Shown piece after piece: positions 29,074 through 37,271 of a stretch of DNA of 64,000 nucleotides; the first letter of the stretch is position 1, and each line of letters begins with the position of its first letter. The stretch covers positions 17,691 through 81,690 of the forward strand of contig DASTHW010000014.1 in NCBI GenBank assembly GCA_035717985.1, written 5' to 3'. The DNA is from Candidatus Saccharimonadales bacterium (GTDB lineage: Bacteria; Patescibacteriota; Saccharimonadia; Saccharimonadales; UBA10212). A model generated the notes under the pieces. The model worked only from the letters and a program-made list of their open reading frames with translations. It made no database searches and had not been told where the DNA came from. The position numbers were made by a program, and so were the translations under genes.

Positions 29074-29775
29074 ATGGTATACTATATACGCATGAGGTAT
29101 AAAACGGCAAATCACAAACCCATAGTCTGGTCACCGGAATTTTCATACTGTATCGGTCTCATTGCTACAGACGGCTGTCTGTCCAGCGACAATCGTCACA
29201 TAGACTTTACTTCGAAGGACTATGAGCTTGCTGAAATATTCCGGAATATCATTAAGCCGAGTGCGATTATCGGCAAAAAAAGAAATGGCCAGGGCGCCTT
29301 TGCATATCGAGTGCAATTTAGTGATGTTTCTCTGTACGATTTTCTTTTAAAGTTGGGTTTGACCCCCAGAAAGAGTAAAACCTTGGGGCGCTTGTTGGTT
29401 CCCGATGAATTTTATGCTGATTTTTTACGAGGATGCTGGGACGGTGACGGGTCAAGTAATGGTTACTGGGATAGGCGTTGGCGATCAAGCTTTATGTATT
29501 ATATGTCCCTAGCTTCAGCTAGCACCGCTTTTCTTGAGTGGATTAGATATAAAAATACTGAATTAATTGAAATTTCTGCCCCCGCCATCAAGGAGTATCT
29601 TAAGAACGATAGAACGTATTATGTTTTAAGTTACGCCAAGAAAGATTCTCGAAAACTTTTTGAGTTTATTTATTATGCCGAGGGATTACCATTTTTAAAG
29701 AGAAAGCATAATAAAATGCTAAAATTTTTTATGACAGATCCAGCTTCTGCGAGGGTGAGTGGTGAAATTAGGTAA
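29074..29775 (+). CDS. LAGLIDADG-family homing endonuclease (double-motif)
   Basis: Two LAGLIDADG-type motifs: YCIGLIATDGCL and DFLRGCWDGDGSS. AT-rich. The last 23 nt overlap tRNA-Leu(GAG). Confidence 0.8.
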   Translation: MVYYIRMRYKTANHKPIVWSPEFSYCIGLIATDGCLSSDNRHIDFTSKDYELAEIFRNIIKPSAIIGKKRNGQGAFAYRVQFSDVSLYDFLLKLGLTPRKSKTLGRLLVPDEFYADFLRGCWDGDGSSNGYWDRRWRSSFMYYMSLASASTAFLEWIRYKNTELIEISAPAIKEYLKNDRTYYVLSYAKKDSRKLFEFIYYAEGLPFLKRKHNKMLKFFMTDPASARVSGEIR

Positions 29776-29838
29776 ACACGCCAGATTGAGGTTCTGGTGC
29801 CGCAAGGCTTGGAGGTTCAAGTCCTCTCTCACCCACCA
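29753..29838 (+). tRNA. tRNA-Leu (GAG)
   Basis: Type II cloverleaf with acceptor GGGTGAG/CTCACCC, anticodon loop TTGAGGT, encoded CCA. Confidence 0.85.
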
Positions 29839-29844
29839 ATTAAT

Positions 29845-30279
29845 ATGAATTTGTCTGAATTAAAAGATTTGCCCAGCCCGTTTTACCGGGTTACCGCCAA
29901 GGCGGTTATTTTTGACGATCAAGACCAGCTGTTGGTCGGCAAGGGCGAAGAGGCTGATGATAGCTGGGAAATGCCGGGCGGCGGCCTGGAGCACGATGAG
30001 TCAATTGAGGACTGCATTAGGCGCGAGCTGGCCGAGGAGTTGGGTGCGCAGGTAGCCGAAGTGGGTGAGCTTATGTTTGTTTACCGCGGCCGGAGCGTGC
30101 ATGGCTGGATGATTTGCCGGCTGGCCTTTGCGGTAAAGCTCAAAAATTTTGATTTTAAGTTCGGCGACATGAAAGAAGCCAAGTTTGTAACACGCGAAGA
30201 ATTTATGGCTCTAGATTTTGCCGCCGACGAAGGCACTGTCAAAACCAAAGTCGACCAGCTTTGGCCCGCCACAGCTTGA
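29845..30279 (+). CDS. NUDIX hydrolase
   Basis: Nudix box GGGLEHDESIEDCIRRELAEELG. The listed start 29797 lies inside the tRNA, so ATG 29845 is used. Confidence 0.85.
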   Translation: MNLSELKDLPSPFYRVTAKAVIFDDQDQLLVGKGEEADDSWEMPGGGLEHDESIEDCIRRELAEELGAQVAEVGELMFVYRGRSVHGWMICRLAFAVKLKNFDFKFGDMKEAKFVTREEFMALDFAADEGTVKTKVDQLWPATA

Positions 30280-30318
30280 ACAAACAGATGTAATCTCGTA
30301 AAATAAGAGACTGCTGTT

Positions 30319-30394
30319 GGCGCTTTAGCTCAGCTGGTAGAGCAGAGGCCTGAAGAGCCTTGTGTCCCCAGTTCGAGTCTGGGAGGCGCCACCA
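30319..30394 (+). tRNA. tRNA-Phe (GAA)
   Basis: Canonical cloverleaf with anticodon loop CTGAAGA and encoded CCA. Confidence 0.92.
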
Positions 30395-30593
30395 CGCAAG
30401 ACCTAATTTCGGCCCCGCCCGAAATTTCGGCAATCAAGTGGCCAAACTTTTGCAGGGCCTAGCATTGTTCTTGCTTACCAATTTTATAAAAATCCGCTTT
30501 GCAAATTTTTGTAAAATTGAGAGGAGGAGCATAGCATCAAGGTGAAGCTTTTGCTGACGAGGCAAAACGAACTAGATGCGTAGGCTCCGACGA

Positions 30594-30619
30594 GCGGGTG
30601 TAGCTCAGTTGTTTAGAGT
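30594..30619 (+). pseudogene. Orphan 5' fragment of tRNA-Gly (acceptor 5' strand plus D arm)
   Basis: 25 of 26 nt identical to 30771-30796 of the intact tRNA-Gly. No matching 3' half follows. Confidence 0.7.
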
Positions 30620-30770
30620 GAAAAATGCCGGTGGCATTTTGCAAGGGAATCTTCCGATGGCAACTGGTTGCCAGTCGTGAAGTTCCGGGGTCGCGGAACG
30701 TGACCTTACTTGCCAGGCCAAGGAAGCGCTACCCAAAATTGAAAGGTAACCTTTACAATCAGAATATTAT

Positions 30771-30847
30771 GCGGGTGTAGCTCAGTTGTTTAGAGCGCTT
30801 CCTTGCCAAGGAAGAGGCCGTGAGTTAGAGTCTCATCACCCGCACCA
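30771..30847 (+). tRNA. tRNA-Gly (GCC) with atypical D and T loops
   Basis: Cloverleaf with anticodon loop TTGCCAA and encoded CCA. D loop AGTTGTTTA lacks GG; T loop is TTAGAGT (A instead of C56). Confidence 0.8.
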
Positions 30848-30899
30848 ACCAAAGAGTCCGGCTTGCCCGGGCTTTTTGGTTGGTATGTTGAATGACTAG

Positions 30900-30988
30900 T
30901 AACTCACGGCCTCTTCAAAATAAAACAATCTGGCCATGCGCCCATGACCCGCCAGGGTCATGGGCTTTGAGTCTCATCACCCGCACCA
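30900..30988. repeat. Rearranged shards of the tRNA-Gly 3' half
   Basis: 30900-30916 is the exact reverse complement of tRNA positions 30811-30827 (17 nt). 30969-30988 is an exact direct copy of the last 20 nt (30828-30847). Confidence 0.75.
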
Positions 30989-31005
30989 AGATGACACCAA
31001 TGATT

Positions 31006-31033
31006 GCTCCCTATCAAGGGAGCTTTTATTTTT
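31006..31033 (+). terminator. Rho-independent terminator
   Basis: GCTCCCT-ATCA-AGGGAGC followed by TTTTATTTTT. Confidence 0.7.
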
Positions 31034-31166
31034 CTTGATTGAGCCGTCGGTTTCCAACCTGCGTCCCGTGAAGTTGACCTCACGAGACAAAATCTCCCAT
31101 TTTACAGATTGAAAATACGGTTTCAACTCTCAAAAATTTGACTCAGCAAATGCTATAGTACAAAAG

Positions 31167-32537
31167 ATGATTCCTTATGTTGATTTCAGTTTTAATAAGC
31201 GACCGTTTGCCTCAAAAAATCCTTTTGAAATGCATGACGAGCCACTGACTATATTCATTGACCGTGCAAGCTTTAAGGGCACGCCTAAAAAATTAAAGGT
31301 GCTTTTAATGCAGGCTAGCGAAAATCTTAATATCGTCAGTCCGAAGAAAGAAGGAAGTGCACACCTAGAATACATGGACAGAGATGATGATGTGCTGGGG
31401 TTTACAGTAACCCAGCTTGACAGCACAAGTATAGGCCACCACGGCATACCTTCTATAAGCCAGTACGATAGACTGTCTAAAGTACCTGACTTTACCAGGT
31501 GGGCTACAAGCGGTGAAATTTACAGAGCCTTTATTGCCGCCCGTACAGCCGAAGCACTAGGCGCAATATTAATAACCCAAGATAAGTTCCTTCTGGAGCA
31601 TAAGGCCATTGGCATAATCGGCGATGCCTATCCTCTAACAATTGATGAGGGCATGGCCTTAATTGGCCTGGTGCAACGCCGCCGTAATAACTTTGAAATA
31701 GTCACTAGGGTTGGTGTGCCCAAGTATACCTATAACTACTCTCGCTGGCTATATTTTTGGTATGCCTCACGTGATTTATTACCCTCGGGCTGGCGTCTGG
31801 TTACTGGCAGCGCCCAAGTGCCCGATGACTATAAATGTCGTGACCTAAGCCTTACGGTTATAGCCAGGCTTTCCAGTGTGCTAAAGTGCCGTGACCATAT
31901 ACACGAGCAGCTATACCTTGAGCAAACTAACAGCAGTACCGAAGACGCAATATTTTACCTAGACTATTACATGGTGTCATTGGTCGCTGCTTTTGATGTG
32001 CTAGCAAGGGTAGCACACGCCATATATCAACCCAGTACACGGGCTACGGTAACTTGGCGAGGAAGTGCCCATGGCCGTAGCTGGTTGTCAGCACTGACCA
32101 CCCAAGATGCTAGCCTGGCAAGCTTGATGCAGCCCACTGCGTTTTGCAGAGATGTACTAGATTTTGTAGCTATTCTTAGGAACTTTATACATGCCGAAGG
32201 TTTGCAAGGAGCTACGCATACCAAAAATGGTAAACGTGCACCTACCTTGTTACATGTACCAGAGGGTGAAGTTACTAGGATATTTGACATCATACAACGG
32301 CTTGGCCCCACTAATTGGAACATAGACAGGCCCCGACCAAACGTTATGTTCCTAGAGATCGGTAACCTAGTAGAAAACATAACGCCACTGGCGGCAGAAG
32401 CTTTGGAAACGATTATGAAGAATATTGACGTTACCAGGGTGCCAGGGTACGACCCTACCAAGGTGCAAACTAGACCGCCTTCGAAGTGGGCCACTAAAGA
32501 CGACCTGGCAATGATACGTGCTTTTCTAGGCCTTTAG
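31167..32537 (+). CDS. Hypothetical protein (456 aa), possible PIN-like N-terminal region; AT-rich island gene
   Basis: Long ORF with no SD; TATAGT lies 7 nt upstream of the ATG. IFIDRASF and AARTAEALGAILITQDKFL resemble PIN-domain strands by eye only. C-terminal LRNFIHAEG is near but not equal to the HEPN Rx4-6H motif. Confidence 0.6.
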   Translation: MIPYVDFSFNKRPFASKNPFEMHDEPLTIFIDRASFKGTPKKLKVLLMQASENLNIVSPKKEGSAHLEYMDRDDDVLGFTVTQLDSTSIGHHGIPSISQYDRLSKVPDFTRWATSGEIYRAFIAARTAEALGAILITQDKFLLEHKAIGIIGDAYPLTIDEGMALIGLVQRRRNNFEIVTRVGVPKYTYNYSRWLYFWYASRDLLPSGWRLVTGSAQVPDDYKCRDLSLTVIARLSSVLKCRDHIHEQLYLEQTNSSTEDAIFYLDYYMVSLVAAFDVLARVAHAIYQPSTRATVTWRGSAHGRSWLSALTTQDASLASLMQPTAFCRDVLDFVAILRNFIHAEGLQGATHTKNGKRAPTLLHVPEGEVTRIFDIIQRLGPTNWNIDRPRPNVMFLEIGNLVENITPLAAEALETIMKNIDVTRVPGYDPTKVQTRPPSKWATKDDLAMIRAFLGL

Positions 32538-34138
32538 TTAGGATCGCTTTCAAACTCTTTAACGACTTTTACGATTTTTTCGTAGTTCTTCTTGGTGTTG
32601 TTTATATAAATATTAATCAGCTTGGCCAGGTCTTCTTTTTTCAGCACACCCTTGGCATACATGAGCCTTTTAAGCTCATTGGTTCGCTTATGGTCCTTAA
32701 AGGCCTGCTTGGTATATTCAATTTTCTTGGCACGGCTAGCCGTGTAGTATGGCTTGTTAGCCATAGCTACGCCGTAGTCAAAGTCAAACATGATTTTTAT
32801 GGCACGCAGCGTAAGCCGCCGTATGGTAGCCACATCATCTTCCTTAACGTTTTCCAGCTGGGTCTTGATAGCCTCAAGCCTTTCGATGTAGCCCTCATTA
32901 AGCAATATGCATAGAGCAGACCCTGGCCTAGGAAAATCCTTTTCCTTTAAGTCCAGTGCCTTTCCGTGTATCAGCACGCCGTCTGACCAACAAATAAATC
33001 GATCTTTCTTGTGCCTTTTCGACATAAAAGCCTCTTCGTCTATTGCTATTACTTGAAGCGGGAATTCGTTCATTTCCCATTCAATCTTGCGGTGTGTGAT
33101 CAGGTAAAAGTTAAAATCGGAAATGCCAGGCTCAAACTCACCACGGGGCAAGCTACCAACCAGGTAAACGGCTACGAGCTCACCCGATATATCTTTATTA
33201 GCCAGGGACATGTCAATCAGCTGCTGTACGGCTTTCTTTTGCGGATCGTCTAGTTTATCCAGACTAGCCTCGTTTTTAACCTTGAAAGAACCCAGGAAGT
33301 CAGAGTAATCTGCAAACACCTTGGCTATTTCAGCCATATCAGTGGGAACTGAAAAGCCTTCAATAAGGTGGCTAGCTATAGATTCAACCGATTTATTAAT
33401 CTCTTCAAGCACCTGGCCGTGATTTTCCAGAACTTCGCTCTTAAACTTTTCAAATGACTTGGTTCCTAGATCTTCCATATACTGTTTCCCGTAGGGGGAT
33501 AGCTGCTGAAAAGCCGTGGGGCTAAGCATTAACCTCGAAGTTTTTATATCTTGGAATTCTTTTTTCAGCTCCAGTTTTGCCAGATAGTGGTGGTGCATGG
33601 TCCGCCGTTTTAGCGTCTTACCAATCGGGCCGTCAACTTCCTCCGTCCATCGTTGGAACTCCTCGGTTAAGCCCAGCTGCTCTAATTTTGCTTTGTTTTC
33701 CTCTCTTCTAAAAAACGCTTTAAGAGCCCTAGGCCCTGGATCCCTGTTTGGGTTTGGTGGGGTTTCTTCAAGCATCATAAGCCTGGTAAGCTGACGTATT
33801 TTATCTTTTAGTTGGTGCACTAAGTCAAAGAAAGCACCAAGGTGATAATTGATTAGTTGCTCAGGGGTAAATTCGCTGTCAGACGCTTCAAACTCAACCT
33901 TACTAATTAGCTGGCTATTAATCCGCAGCTCACGCAGTAACCGCTCAATATCACCGCTATAACTTCGTCTGCGGTTTACCAGCACCAGGTCGAAGCTTTC
34001 TCGATCAATAACATAGTAATGCGGCTCGTCTATTTGCCGCTGAAAGCTAAGAGCTAGCAAACCTTGCACTAGCTGCTCAAGCTGGCTTTTACTGTCGGGG
34101 CTTTTCTCTTTTGCCATGCGCTTATTATAGGGGAGCAA
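32534..34138 (-). CDS. Nucleotidyltransferase-fold (Pol-beta/MNT-like) domain protein with about 300-aa unknown N-terminal region
   Basis: VYLVGSLPRGEFEPGISDFNFYLI fits hG[GS]x9-13Dh[DE]h except that the second carboxylate is Asn. Helical C-terminal domain, AT-rich. Its stop overlaps the stop of 31167..32537. Confidence 0.65.
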   Translation of the reverse strand: MLPYNKRMAKEKSPDSKSQLEQLVQGLLALSFQRQIDEPHYYVIDRESFDLVLVNRRRSYSGDIERLLRELRINSQLISKVEFEASDSEFTPEQLINYHLGAFFDLVHQLKDKIRQLTRLMMLEETPPNPNRDPGPRALKAFFRREENKAKLEQLGLTEEFQRWTEEVDGPIGKTLKRRTMHHHYLAKLELKKEFQDIKTSRLMLSPTAFQQLSPYGKQYMEDLGTKSFEKFKSEVLENHGQVLEEINKSVESIASHLIEGFSVPTDMAEIAKVFADYSDFLGSFKVKNEASLDKLDDPQKKAVQQLIDMSLANKDISGELVAVYLVGSLPRGEFEPGISDFNFYLITHRKIEWEMNEFPLQVIAIDEEAFMSKRHKKDRFICWSDGVLIHGKALDLKEKDFPRPGSALCILLNEGYIERLEAIKTQLENVKEDDVATIRRLTLRAIKIMFDFDYGVAMANKPYYTASRAKKIEYTKQAFKDHKRTNELKRLMYAKGVLKKEDLAKLINIYINNTKKNYEKIVKVVKEFESDPN

Positions 34139-34337
34139 CAGCAGTTACGATACTAGTACGCTCTAGCTCGGCAGAAGAGTTCCAGATAGCTTCAACAAAA
34201 GCCCGGCAAACCGTTACAACTATATAAATATTGCCCAGCATTTGTCGGCTAAAACCTTATGCTGCACCTCTGAGAAAAGTTACACTTTCACAAATTGTGT
34301 TGCACCATATACATGTAACATTAAAGTCTAAGGGTAG

Positions 34338-34364
34338 TTAGCACTCTTGACATACGAGTGCCAA
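34338..34364 (+). promoter_or_regulatory. CIRCE operator (HrcA-binding inverted repeat)
   Basis: TTAGCACTC-N9-GAGTGCCAA versus consensus TTAGCACTC-N9-GAGTGCTAA. Located upstream of hsp20. Confidence 0.8.
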
Positions 34365-34535
34365 TTTTTTAAAATGAAATAGGTGGGGGTCCACCAAACC
34401 GGATTAACAATTTAATGTTTATCACTTCTCCGCTAGCCACACGTTAACGGGGTTGGGAGTTGCATTAATTATCAAACACCCAGAAGCAACACCCTTTTAG
34501 CAGCGGCACATGCGGCGAAGAAAAGGAGGTTAGCT

Positions 34536-35021
34536 ATGTTTGATTTAATCCGCCGACCAAACGACACGCTTGGCCTCTCTACATTTGAAGAGATGGACAA
34601 GCTATTCGACAATTTATGGCGTTCTGCTGGACTGCCAACAAGCCAGTTTGCTATGCCCTCGGTAGATATTTACAGTACTGACGACAGCCATATGGTTGTT
34701 GAGATGCAAGCTCCTGGCTTCGACACAGAGGACATTGAATTAAATGTTCGAAACGGCGTTCTCGAAATACGAGGCGAGAAACAAGAAAGGGACGAACAGA
34801 AAGAAGGTAAGCGTAGCTATCTAGTACGTGAACGCAACGCCAGCTTTGCCCGTCGTGTCGTGCTACCTGAAGGCGCAGACGCGGACAATATCTCGGCTGA
34901 ACTGGACAAAGGTTTGCTCAAAGTAACGGTTCCAGTACATCGACCTGAAGCAAAGCGCATACAGATTACAACTGGGTCAGGCGGCAAAGCCAAGAAGTTG
35001 TCATCAAGTGCTGAAAAGTAA
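34536..35021 (+). CDS. Hsp20/alpha-crystallin family small heat-shock protein
   Basis: ACD pattern PSVDIYSTDDSHMVVEMQAPGF...LEIRGEK...SFARRVVLPEG...GLLKVTVP, with SD AAGGAGG. Confidence 0.9.
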   Translation: MFDLIRRPNDTLGLSTFEEMDKLFDNLWRSAGLPTSQFAMPSVDIYSTDDSHMVVEMQAPGFDTEDIELNVRNGVLEIRGEKQERDEQKEGKRSYLVRERNASFARRVVLPEGADADNISAELDKGLLKVTVPVHRPEAKRIQITTGSGGKAKKLSSSAEK

Positions 35022-35036
35022 GTAGCTTGTAGTGAT

Positions 35037-35069
35037 AAAAGGCCCTGCATTAAAGCGGGGTCTTTTATT
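35037..35069 (+). terminator. Rho-independent terminator after hsp20
   Basis: AAAAGGCCCTGC-ATTAAA-GCGGGGTCTTTT hairpin (with G-U pairs) plus a T-rich tail. Confidence 0.6.
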
Positions 35070-35219
35070 TATGGTGTAAAAAGTTATAACCTTCTCGGCT
35101 CATGTTGTAGTCGATACTATAACAAAGCAGAATAACTTCTAAGCGCAGTTACACTTTCACGAATAATGCTACACCATATTTGTAAACTTCTTTAAGGAGT
35201 TTTTTGTTACGATAAATAT

Positions 35220-35765
35220 ATGAGAAAACTTATTATGTGGAATGTGATTTCGCTGGACGGCTACTTTGAGGGCGAAAAGGCGTGGGATTTGGACTTTCAC
35301 CAGACTGTTTGGGGCGACGATCTTGGGGAGTACACTATTAAACAGCTCAAAACTGCCGACATGCTGGTATTTGGCGGCAAAACATACAAAGGAATGGCCG
35401 AGTATTGGGCCACAGCAGATGGCGAAACGGCCAAGTTCATGAATAAACTGCCGAAAATTGCTTGCTCGACCACGCTAAAAACCGCTGACTGGAATAATTC
35501 GCAGGTTGTAAAAGACGCAGTAGCTAAAATACCTAAATTAAAACAAGATGGCGATGGTAACATGTTTGTTTTTGGGAGCGGTAATTTGAGCGCATCGCTT
35601 ATGAAAGCTGAGCTATTTGATGAATATCGTCTGTGCTTAGCGCCTGTATTTTTAGGCAAGGGAAAACGCTTGTTTCAGAGCGGCTTACCGTATCAAAAAC
35701 TAAAACTTTTGCAGGAACAGCGCTTGCAAAGCGGCGGCGTTATCTTAATGTACGCCGCAAAGTGA
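35220..35765 (+). CDS. Dihydrofolate reductase-like protein (RibD C-terminal domain family)
   Basis: ISLDGYFEG...LVFGGKTY...FVFGSGNL...LAPVFLGKGKRLF pattern. Confidence 0.75.
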   Translation: MRKLIMWNVISLDGYFEGEKAWDLDFHQTVWGDDLGEYTIKQLKTADMLVFGGKTYKGMAEYWATADGETAKFMNKLPKIACSTTLKTADWNNSQVVKDAVAKIPKLKQDGDGNMFVFGSGNLSASLMKAELFDEYRLCLAPVFLGKGKRLFQSGLPYQKLKLLQEQRLQSGGVILMYAAK

Positions 35766-35773
35766 CCCGGATT

Positions 35774-36229
35774 ATGTCAGATAAAATTGGTGCTAAGGCA
35801 CTTAAGCCCAACCCGGCTCTTCAGCTGTTTGAGCCTTTAGTCGGGGAGTGGCGAACCACCGGACATCATCCTTATTTTCCAGACACTGAACTGCATGGAC
35901 GGGCCGTCTTTGAGTGGATTTGCGGCGGCGCGTTTTTAATAATGCGCGCAGAACTTGATCACCCCAAATTCCCTGATGGTATTGCGATTTTTGGCAGTGA
36001 TGACCAAGCGGGAACATACTATGCGATTTATTTTGACGAGCGCGGTATTTCAAGAAAGCAAAACGTATCGATAACAAAGAGTCAGCTTAAATGGTGGCGC
36101 GACGACCCTCACTTTTCTCAGCGCTATGTTATAGACATAACTAAGAATAAGCTAGTCGCTTACGGCGAAATGTCTCGGGATGGCGGCGAGTGGGAAAAAG
36201 ACCTGTCGCTGACTTACGAAAAACTATAA
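35774..36229 (+). CDS. Hypothetical protein (151 aa)
   Basis: ATG 35774 lies just after the preceding stop. The listed start 35633 overlaps the upstream gene. No family assigned with confidence. Confidence 0.55.
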   Translation: MSDKIGAKALKPNPALQLFEPLVGEWRTTGHHPYFPDTELHGRAVFEWICGGAFLIMRAELDHPKFPDGIAIFGSDDQAGTYYAIYFDERGISRKQNVSITKSQLKWWRDDPHFSQRYVIDITKNKLVAYGEMSRDGGEWEKDLSLTYEKL

Positions 36230-36357
36230 CTTTAAGAGCAATTTGCTGATCATTTCTTGCAGTAGCTCAGGCGTACAGACCGCCAAAACATATCTGGCAA
36301 ATTATAAAACCCGTTTTTCTTACTGCTATTTTGTAAAATTGGTAGATAATTACTGCT

Positions 36358-36960
36358 ATGAGGAAAATAGTCGTTATATCGATGATTAGCCTGGACGGTG
36401 TGATGCAGGCGCCGGGCGGGCCGGGGGAAGATACATCGGGCGGCTTTAAATACGGCGGCTGGACTTGGCCGTACGCCGATGAATTTTCTAATAAAATCTA
36501 TGGCGAAGAATTCAGCGGCGAGTATGACCTTTTGATGGGTAGAAAGACCTACGATATATGGCGCGATTATTGGCCTAAGCAGGAAGGCGCAATAGCAAAT
36601 CCGTTTAATAAAGCCACAAAATACGTTGTTTCGCACCACGACCAAGACTTAACTTGGCAAAAAACAGTGCTGATTGATGGTGACGTGGCCGCCAAGCTAA
36701 AAGAGCTGAAACAGGCAGACGGGCCGATGTTATCCGTGCAGGGTAGCGGCAATATGATCCAGACTTTACTGAAGAATGATTTGGTTGACGAGTTCCACTT
36801 GCGAATATTCCCGGTAACGCTCGGCAAGGGCAAGAGCCTATTTGCTGAAGGCTCAATCCCGGCGGCATTTAAGCTGACGGACTCTAAAACATCGCCAAAA
36901 GGTGTTATTTTTGCTTACTACAAAAGGGCTGGCGAGGTTAAAACCGGCTCATTTGCTTAG
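36358..36960 (+). CDS. Dihydrofolate reductase-like protein (RibD C-terminal domain family), paralog of 35220..35765
   Basis: ISLDGVMQAPGG...LLMGRKTYD...SVQGSGNM...IFPVTLGKGKSLF. Confidence 0.75.
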   Translation: MRKIVVISMISLDGVMQAPGGPGEDTSGGFKYGGWTWPYADEFSNKIYGEEFSGEYDLLMGRKTYDIWRDYWPKQEGAIANPFNKATKYVVSHHDQDLTWQKTVLIDGDVAAKLKELKQADGPMLSVQGSGNMIQTLLKNDLVDEFHLRIFPVTLGKGKSLFAEGSIPAAFKLTDSKTSPKGVIFAYYKRAGEVKTGSFA

Positions 36961-37013
36961 CAATTGCTAATTTCTTCACAGAACTGAAGGCCATTGTTAG
37001 GTAGTCTAGCTAA

Positions 37014-37232
37014 ATGGCAAGAACAGAAACTATACCGGTTACTAGGGCAAGTAGTCCGTATGCGTCATTCATGCTGACGCTGGCGGTGATACTATTGGCG
37101 GCCATTTTGGCGCTAATGATTTATGGGGCGATCAGGGTTAGAAATGCCTCGCACACCGTGGATAATAAAATTGATAACCTAACTGCCCAAATTCAAAAGA
37201 TAAACAATAGCATAAACCGCTTCAACCCTTAG
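37014..37232 (+). CDS. Hypothetical small membrane protein
   Basis: 72 aa with a single TM helix. Confidence 0.45.
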   Translation: MARTETIPVTRASSPYASFMLTLAVILLAAILALMIYGAIRVRNASHTVDNKIDNLTAQIQKINNSINRFNP

Positions 37233-37271
37233 CTTTTATCGGTCGAACGACTCTTTTGTTATAGTTAGCTC

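Noticed and set aside
30239-30545. ORFs 30239..30433 (-) and 30360..30545 (+)
   Set aside because: They overlap tRNA-Phe and its downstream hairpins. No coding signals.
36250-36645. 131-aa minus-strand ORF
   Set aside because: It is antisense to the well-supported DHFR-like gene 36358..36960 and has an odd composition with no start signals. Treated as a shadow ORF.
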